DNA of 47,910 nucleotides from the NCBI GenBank assembly GCA_002269645.1, contig NIVC01004383.1, positions 1-47,910 on the forward strand, given 5' to 3'. Under the pieces are notes generated by a model. The model was not told the DNA's origin. It was given only the letters and a program-made list of their open reading frames with translations, and searched no databases. The position numbers and the translations under genes are program-made. Positions within the stretch are counted from its first letter, which is position 1. Each line of letters opens with the position of its first letter. This document shows positions 40,004 to 47,910 of the stretch, piece by piece. The stretch comes from Macrostomum lignano (lineage: Eukaryota).

Positions 40004-43000
40004 TCACACAGTCGTAACGACCACAAGCAGGTGCGGCGTCTCAGAACTGGGCTGTGGAAACAGATTAGCGTACAGATCGCTGGCGTACTGCTGCAGCTTG
40101 GAGGTTGCAAACTGGCCGGGCGGGAAGATGTGCACAACATAAGCTGGCACATCCTGCTGATCGGGATAGTTGACGTTGACAATGCCGGCGGCCTGCTTCT
40201 CCTGCAGGTACTTGATGAAGGCCTCGCGCAGATTGTGCGTCTGGCTCCGATAGTCCTGCGCATTGACGCCGCAGGCTACGGCCAGCAATACGCAATATTC
40301 CGCTTCGTCCGCCATCTTGCGCTGGACGCCTTCCAGCTGAGCTGGCTCCAGTCGCATCCGCTGAGCGACCTTCAACACCCGGGCAGCGTCTGGCGCAGCC
40401 AGCTCCAGCGCCGCTTTGGCCAGCGTGTCGCTGCCGCGGACAAAGTGCATCTGCACGCCGGCCTCGTCGTTCTTTAAGGCTAGACGACCCTGCCATTTCA
40501 CTGGATACTTGCGCAGCAAGGCATCCAGCTGTCCAGATTGCGCCGGGGCCTGCGACTGCTGCTGCGGTGGCTGCTGCTGAGGTGGCTGCTGCGGTGGTTG
40601 TGGCGGTTGTGGCGGTGGCGGCGGCGGCGGAGGTTGCGACGGAAGCGGCTGTTGTTGCGGCTGCTGCGGCTGACTGGCTGTTTGAGCCGGCAGCTGTGGC
40701 GGAGGCGGCGGCGCGGAACTCGGCTGGAATAGCTGCAACTGAGGCACATATTGGCTGTAAAGCAGGTCCTGAGGATAGCGTCCGCTAGCAAATAGTTGCA
40801 TGTAGAGAGCCTGCAATTGAACCTGCTGCTGTTGCGTCTGTTGTTGCTGCTGCTGCTGCTGCATCCGCTGGGCAAAAGCATCATTGCCAGTCGAATCACT
40901 AGTTGTAGACGTAGTAGACAGTGATGAAACCGCAATTGATTGGGGCGTCATCAGTTGAGAGACTTGCTGGATTGGCGCAGCTGAGGTGTCAGGGGGAGCA
41001 GCGCAGGTGGTCACAGAGCAGATGGAGAATGGCTGCAGGCGCAACTCTGGAGCTGTGGTCACAGGCGTTGGCAACGATGACGGAGGCTGCGGCGGCAAAG
41101 CCGGCTGGGTGACAGACGGCGGACGGACAGGAGTGACCGCCGGCGGCACGGGGGTAAGTGTGAACCGTTCACCAGACGGATAGCGAAGTCGGTCGCGTTC
41201 CATGTAAGGCGACAAATCAATGTTTCCTTCGACAACTTCGCGAATAACATCGTCCAAGTGCTGCAGCGCCAAGGCTTCCATGGCCGGTGGCGACTTCTTG
41301 GCTGGCCGCTGGGCCAGGCCGCCAGTCAGACTGATAGTTGGCTGGGTAGGCGTTACTTCGGCGCTAGAGGCGACGCTGATGCCAACGGCAGAGCTGGCGC
41401 TGGTGACTGTAGGAGTATCGCCAGCTTGTTGCTGCTGATTATCCCAGCAGGCAGCTTGGTTGGGCGGAGCTGCTTGCACCTTGCGAATCACATCCTGTAC
41501 AAACTGATCAAGATCTTGCTGAGCGGCCGGCTGCATTGGAGGCCGGGCGGGCTGGGCTGGCGGACCAACAGGGTGCAGCATCAGGCCCGCCTCCGGCGCA
41601 GCAGAACGCGCCGTCTGCGGCTGCGGTACAGGCGGCAGCGGAGGCGGTGGCGGTGCGGGAATGAGCGGACGTAGACTCAGTTCGGGCACTCGGAACTGAG
41701 GTTGAGACAGGCTGATAGCGGCCGGTCGTTGGCTTAGCTGGGCCAGAGCGTGCGCAGCTGTAGTTTCTAAATCAGCGTGGGCGGCCGCCAGCTTAGGCGG
41801 CTCATCGTCGTCGACTCGGTCCGGGCTGATCGCGGCGGCGTCTGGCTGAAAGCGGTCGATGGTCGGCAGGTCTGGCGCCGGCTCGAAAGTCTCGTCGTCG
41901 GAGAAAGAGAACAGAGATTTCTCAGTGACAGCTCGCGGATCCAACTGGGCCTTGGCTTCGGCAAATATGTCGGTTAGGCGACTGCCAGCCGGCGGGCTTC
42001 CAGGATCGACAACAGACTCGGCGCGGCTAGAATCAGTCATTGGCACGGTGCTGGGAGTTGACGGCGCGGCAGCCTCCTCAGAGTCAGACGAGCTGCCAAA
42101 CACGCTGTCGACAGACATTTTGCCGCGGCTAGCCTTGCCTGACTTAGACGACCGGTGCAACCGTTTGGAAGCCGGAGCCTTGGCTGCTGACGAGGAGCCG
42201 CGTCTTCGCTTCTCGTTGCCGCCACCGCCGCCACCACCGCCGACTTCGCTGCCGGTTGTGGTCGACTTTCGACTGCGGAATCGCGAGGAACTGCCACTCA
42301 ACTGATGCTGCTTCTTGGATCGCACAGCCTCTTGTGCAGGATAAGTTCTAACGTTTTCCTGCATTGCCTCATCCTCGGTGTCGCTTGCTGATGGGCCAGC
42401 GGCGCTCTGCTGTCTGCTGGCGGGAGGCCGAGGCCTCGATCGTTTCCTGGAATTTTCATCCGAACGCCGGACTTCGCCTGGCCTGGTCAGACTTCTGATG
42501 CCGTCGGACGCGGACGCGGTTCGAGAAGCCTGCCGGCGTTTGATTTTGTCGTACATAGATTCGTACGGTTGGGCCCAATCGGCTGGATCGAATGCCAGCT
42601 CGAGCTGCGCGTCATTTTCGCGCTTGATTGGTGGCTGGCGCCAATGTGGCGCCGGGCAGATTTGCCGCTTCTAATACTGCCGCCAGCGTCGGAGTCAGCT
42701 TCCTCTGATTCTGAATTACGACGCCGTTTCACCACCATAGTGGACTGGCCAACACGAAGCGGCGGAGTTGGTGACACCGGAGTCTCTGGCGGCGTCGGCA
42801 TGGTGGAACTACTGCGAACTTCCTCTTCGCCAATGGTGGATGTCGGATTGGCCTCCGTGCACGTGCCAGCGGATGGCGACTGGCAATCGAATAGGCCGAC
42901 AAGAGGCTGCGTCGCCGATCCGCTGCGGGTGCCAAGCGCGGCCTCGTAGGCGGACACTGCTTGCTCGAGGCAGCGTGTTTCCCGCTCAGTCACGGACTGT

Positions 43001-46000
43001 TGGCCAGCCGGACGAAGGCCACCAGAGGCGGCCGCAGTAGCTCTAGGCGTTTTCCTAGTAGAAGCTGCCGGCGAGCGAGACGACAGTGAGGGCGAATTGG
43101 ACTTCTTCAGCCAGCCGGGTGTGGAAAGCCGGTCGCTGTCCGACACGAGGCCAGATTGCTCCGCAGTGGATCTGTCGGACAGGAATTGAGAAGGGCTACT
43201 CACTTAAGGACTGACTCCAGTGTTAGAACTTTAATACATAAGCTGAATTTGACGCAATTTTTTAATCTAAATGCCATCGAGGGGCATGAGTGCATACTTA
43301 AACTAAAAAATGGTAATACTACTGAGCAATGAAAGCTTACCCGCTGGTATCCGCATCGCTGCATTCGCTGCGCGCGTCCTCAAAGCAGGACAGTCTGGCT
43401 AATAGTCGTTGATCTCGCTCCGACCCGTCCTTGGCCGCCGGGACGTCTCCGTCCGAGCTGTGGCCGCCGGACTTGCGTCGGACGCTGCCGCTGTTTACGC
43501 GCTGACGGGACTCGATGAATTCGCGCAGCTCGGGCGGATTAGTTGGTCGATTGGCGTCTTGGTCAGCTTCATTTGTGCTGGATCAGAAATTGGACAGGCG
43601 TATATAGGGTATAAATTCGTTGACTTATTTTTGCATGCACGCTAGAATGAGAAGCCTAGCCTAGCTTACTCCAATCATTAAATAGGAATGAAAAACCTCA
43701 ATCTCCCACAATGTACTTTGCTATACATTTGTCTATGTCTATGGCCAAAACTGATCTACGAGCTAATTAAGAGTAGACGAAATCGTTCTTTAACGAGAGT
43801 ACACAAAATTGACATACCCGCAGTCTTGAACTTTGCGCCAGTTCCCGTGACTCCTTGCCTTCACGTATTCTAGCATCATGTCGCGATAACGAGCCGCCGC
43901 CTTCGCACTGGAAATGATGCCGCGGTGAAGCTCGGGTGCCAGTAGCTGGTCGAAAAGCCTGGCGCAAAGGCAAAAAGAGGTCAGAGGATGGCAATCTTAG
44001 TTACTTAAATTTAGGCTCAGCTCGTTTGCAGGGTGGAGAGGGGCTACGGGCACTGCCGCAAACCAAGGTGAAACAGGGTGTACAGCGGCCCTAACTTGTT
44101 TTGTTAACCATACTAGCACCAGCCCCATATTAATGCGGCCATGCAGGGAATCGAACCCACGGACCCTAGTCAGGCGCTGGAGATGGCGCCTGGCGATTAA
44201 CCCGATCCAACAAAATTTACAGTAAAAATGATGGTATTATTATTAAAAAGCTCTTACTTGTAATCGCTGCACTGGCCAGACGTGACCAATTCGTCAACAA
44301 AGTGCTTCTGACAAGGCTGGCTAGCAAAGTCAACTAGCAATCGTTGGCCAAGCAGACTGGCGCATTTCATTGCATCAACGGCTCGGCGTGCGTCGTCCAA
44401 TTCGTTAAAGAATACCAGGGCGCAATGCCGGTGCGAATTGACGCAAACGTCTCTGAGACGGCCGTGACAGGCAAAAGTTTTACTTAGTAGCGATTCTGTC
44501 ACTGTGGATGCCAGGTTAGCCAGCCACACGCAGTTGGTTGGCTGTGATTTTTGATAGCTGAGCCGGACTCGCTGACCGCCAACGGTCAGGTCGGCTGACT
44601 GACGGAGGCAGCCGCGGCGCCTCGGATGTCTGAGAATTGCACAGTTGCCTTGGCTGGCCCATCTGTTGAAGACTTTAGTTCCACGTCCTGGAGAGAATTT
44701 GGGGTGGCGTTTTATGCTTATCTAAACCCACTAAACACCAAAACAGGCAAAACTACGCTTAGTAAAGTCAAGGTAAATCGTAGCAACTCTGCAATCAAAA
44801 GTCAGATAAAAAACAAAGGGATGCAGGGCATTAGTCAGCAGAAACACTCACCAGGATGGCGCCGTAGGCGGCAAGTTTTTCCCGCAGGTCGGCTTCTTGA
44901 ACGCCGGGTTCAATATTGCTGACTAGCAAAGTCCTTGACGCCCGCGGGTGAAACTCGTCAAAGACTTGTTCGCCGGCTTCGTCAGCCGATTCTAGCCGCT
45001 CAACGTTGAGCGTCATGCCAAAGAAGCTCTTGCCGCTTTTGGTGAGCTCGTAAGCGGACTCGGCGTCTTCAGCCCGCTTAAAGACAATCAGCGCATGCCT
45101 GTCGTCTTTCTCGCCGCGCACTTGAATGCTGGACACTTTGCCAACTTTTCTGTACTCGTGAAACAGACCGTTTGAATGCTGCCGTCTGCAATGACATTAA
45201 TAAAGCCGCGGGCGGGGTAAGAGCGGAATTAATTAATTCAATCGGGCTTGTCTCGAAGCAAAATCACGCAATTTTTCTAGGTCTCATATTATATTACTAG
45301 AAGAAATTCTCGGGCCTTTTAGAATAGTGTAGGTGAAAATTTCAAGACTAAGAAAGGGTTTGAAAAGCGAGTTAGTGCGTGCACGCGATTCGTACTGTTC
45401 AAGAATTTTTGTTGTTGTCTTGTGTACAACCGAATACAGAAGAAACTAGAAACTAAAATCTAATGCTAACTGTGGATTTAAACACGTACTGTCTGTTTAA
45501 ATTTATAACATCGACTCATCAACACTTACCAGAGGAACGGTCGGGAAAATTCCAGACCTTAAGCACTTTCAGTTTGCTGCCGTCCTGCTTGCCGACTTGG
45601 GTCCTGCGGAAGAACGAAGGGCCAGGCGGAGTAAAACCTCTGCGCGCCTATACACAGATGGGATTGCAAAAAGCGGTCTCCTCTCTGAGTCCCTTTCGTC
45701 TCTCCTGTTCCTACCCGACTCCACTCCCCTATTTCCCTTGGCTCCCAATCCTCCCCTTCCCACTCAGCTTCCTCTTTAGCCTTCATTCACTCCAGGACAG
45801 GCTAGTCTCACTCTCACCCAAGTGCAGCGCAGCGCAGAGCAAAGCAAAGGAAGAACGGCCATGGTAAAATCAATACTTCACCCCAATGTGCAAAGGAACC
45901 AAACCCGTTCACATATTGCTCATAGCTATCTTAATGTACTCTGTAGCCCAATTTAGTGTTTAGGTAGAACGACTAGGCCTTATCAATGCAGTAATTCAAT

Positions 46001-47595
46001 GTGGAAAATTGTGAATCAAATGTACTCGCATAGGACCAAATACATTACATAAACTATGGAAATTGATCAAACGCAAAATGAAAGACGATTTTGAAAAGGT
46101 TTGCATCTATCATATTCAGAGTAACATGCATCGAATATGCATCTGAAAAATGTCCTCATATCTATTGTACTGATATTATTAGCAATTTTGATTGCTACGA
46201 GCGAGCACAATCTCCAAAAGTATAATAGAGATAGCTTAATAATAATTATATTAGGGGTTGCAGAGAGAAAACCGGTTAATCAGTTATGCAAGATGAAATA
46301 GGATCCGTCCAGCCCATCGACAATGCCAGTATCGATCCAGAGTGGGGTACCTTGTGTGCTTAGTAAGCAGAGTGCGGCGATATGCCGCGTCCCGCGCCAG
46401 GACTTGCACAGGAGGGTGTGGAAGCACAAGCTTTTGCTGACTAGGCAAATGAAAGGGTTGGGCTTGTCCTGTACAGTGCGGTGTGCGGCTGACTACGGCC
46501 TAAGCCAAAGCAAGAATGAATTTCAGGTCACCACGTCTGCTACCTCCCCCCACCCGTTCTTTTCATGCAAACCTTCCGCCTCTCCCTCTCCCTTTACCCA
46601 GCTCTTGCAGTCAGTCAGCCAAAAACACACTATAAACCCAGAACCCCCGACCGATGCGCGAACGCGCGCGTTCATTAACGTTCCCTCTCTATTCTGTTCA
46701 CCCCGGGCGCCAACCCCACCCTCCGCTGTTTTGTGTACGCACGCACGCGCGCAGAGGAAGGGGTTGGGGTTGTTGGTTAGGAAACGAACAGTGGCGAGGG
46801 ATAGAGAAGGAAATAGACAGAGGCAGAGTGAGTAAGCTCCGAGATAGCCCAGTAGGCCAAACCTTACCAAAACAAGCAAGCAGCTCACACAAGGCTCACT
46901 CACAACTAGGGAAAGGGTAAGGGAGGAAGGCCAAACGGCTTTAAGGTTTGGGCAGAGCGTCACAGCGGGGCAAGAGAAAAATCGTGCCACTGCAAGTGTT
47001 CTGTTCAGACTTAGTCGTAGCACAGAAAACGAAAAAAGTGGAGCGAATGAGTAGCAGCATGGCTGCAAGCACACGCACGCATGCATGCAGTTCACGCACA
47101 CATACAATTGCAGTACATACACCCAAACTGAGAGTTCAACTAGACACAAGCCCGATAAGGATAAGGACGCGTAGCAATTTCTTAATAAATTAACAAAAGA
47201 TCTTTAATTATTTGTACAATTTCTCTTACCTGATTGGCGGACTGTTGTTGTTATTGACGCTTGTTGAACCATTTTCTAGAGAGCTCCTGTATGTTAAAAA
47301 AATGTGTAAAGATGTCTAAAAGTTACATTATTTAAAGACTATGGAGCACGAACTTTTCTTTAAAAGCATGAATACACCGACTTACTTATCCGAAAACTTG
47401 CCGCTGGCCAGATCCTTCAGACGCTGTAGTCCAGGCTCGCCAGATTGATCGCAGTGTTCGGAAGTTAGCGAATGACCATTCAATAGATGCCGAGCTGCAC
47501 AGGCTTTAGCAGCCACTTTTTGGTCTGGAAACGACAGCACTGCGCCGCGCAAATTGCCAGCCTCGTGAATTTTAGTAGCTAAGACACAGCCGTAG
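40004..47595 (-). CDS. SPEN: SPEN/split ends (RRM x4 + SPOC), 5'-incomplete. Exons 47595-47386, 47286-47230, 45603-45530, 45185-44852, 44687-44258, 43958-43818, 43577-43341, 43195-40004; three 1-nt frame breaks
   Basis: SPOC LLRKYPVKWQGRLALKNDEAGVQMHFV...AQRMRLEPAQLE...KYLQEKQAAGIVNV...VHIFPP. RRM segments YGCVLATKI, LKVWNFPDRSS, GLFHEY, DEFHPRASRTLLVSNI, PTNCVWLANL. Splice phases are consistent once one base is restored in each of three exons. Confidence 0.92.
44014..44212 (-). mobile_element. Probable tRNA-derived SINE in a SPEN intron
   Basis: Minus-strand B-box GGGTTCGATTCCC (44146-44158) preceded by hairpin CAGGCGC/GCGCCTG. AAATTTA direct repeats at 44007-44013 and 44213-44219. No complete cloverleaf. 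Confidence 0.5.
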
Positions 47596-47910
47596 CTAAA
47601 AGGTTAATTAAGTATAGTTAGTTACAAAAACGCAACAAACTGCAGGAGGCATAAGCCCAAGTTCCTGAAATGAACTTTGGCCACTGTGATGATGTTTATT
47701 AGTTTATCTAACAAGACAAGTCCAAGATTTCAATATCAACCAGTTCAAATGAAATCAACTATTTATCTAAATAAATTTACTCCATTCAAGCCATTCAAGA
47801 AGTGATAAAGCTAAACTGAATCAAACTAGCACAGCAGTCTATAGTAAAAAAAGTTTAAATAAGGATTAAGGGTTTTTTCTATATTTGCAATTTTATGCTA
47901 TCTATTGACT

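Noticed and set aside
42583-42677. 95-nt GT-AG intron or programmed -1 frameshift explaining the third SPEN frame switch
   Set aside because: The intron would restore the frame, but the donor GTATTA and acceptor are weak. There is no X XXY YYZ slippery site, and two other plain 1-nt deletions occur in the same gene. Not excluded without RNA reads.
44140-44210. Functional tRNA gene
   Set aside because: Only the B-box/T-arm is convincing; no acceptor stem or D-arm could be folded.
46300-47200. LTR or TE 5' UTR inside the SPEN intron (similar looking stretches at 16100-17270 and 45700-45870)
   Set aside because: The composition looks foreign, but I could not find TG...CA ends, PBS, TSD or coding motifs.

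Overview
Eukaryotic (metazoan) genomic DNA with spliced genes, GC-rich exons and minisatellite-filled introns. The style suggests a free-living flatworm such as Macrostomum, but this is inference only. Host genes: first coding exon of a secreted group I/II-like phospholipase A2 (-), intronless RPS15A (+), an intronless UCP1-3-like mitochondrial carrier (-), a divergent Polo-like kinase (4 exons, -), Transportin-3 (10 exons, frame-consistent, -) and a compact SPEN/split-ends gene (8 exons visible, -, with three separate 1-nt frame breaks). Mobile DNA: a decayed RNase H-containing LINE 3' end, a full-length RTE-like LINE with a 13-bp TSD sitting head-to-head with a diverged relative, a LINE RT fragment, a 5'-truncated Penelope-like element (15-bp TSD, GIY-YIG ORF, minimal hammerhead ribozyme), two TIR/foldback elements and a probable tRNA-derived SINE. 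About 8 kb (roughly 17%) is made of 11 different minisatellite arrays. The most notable signals are the Penelope hammerhead, sharply bounded CpG-erased domains near gene 5' ends, a conserved RNA structure in the RTE 5' UTR, a different minisatellite in most introns (several carrying textbook TF or splice motifs), and an operon-like TNPO3-PLK junction. No CRISPR or prokaryotic system is supported. All coordinates and counts were made by hand.
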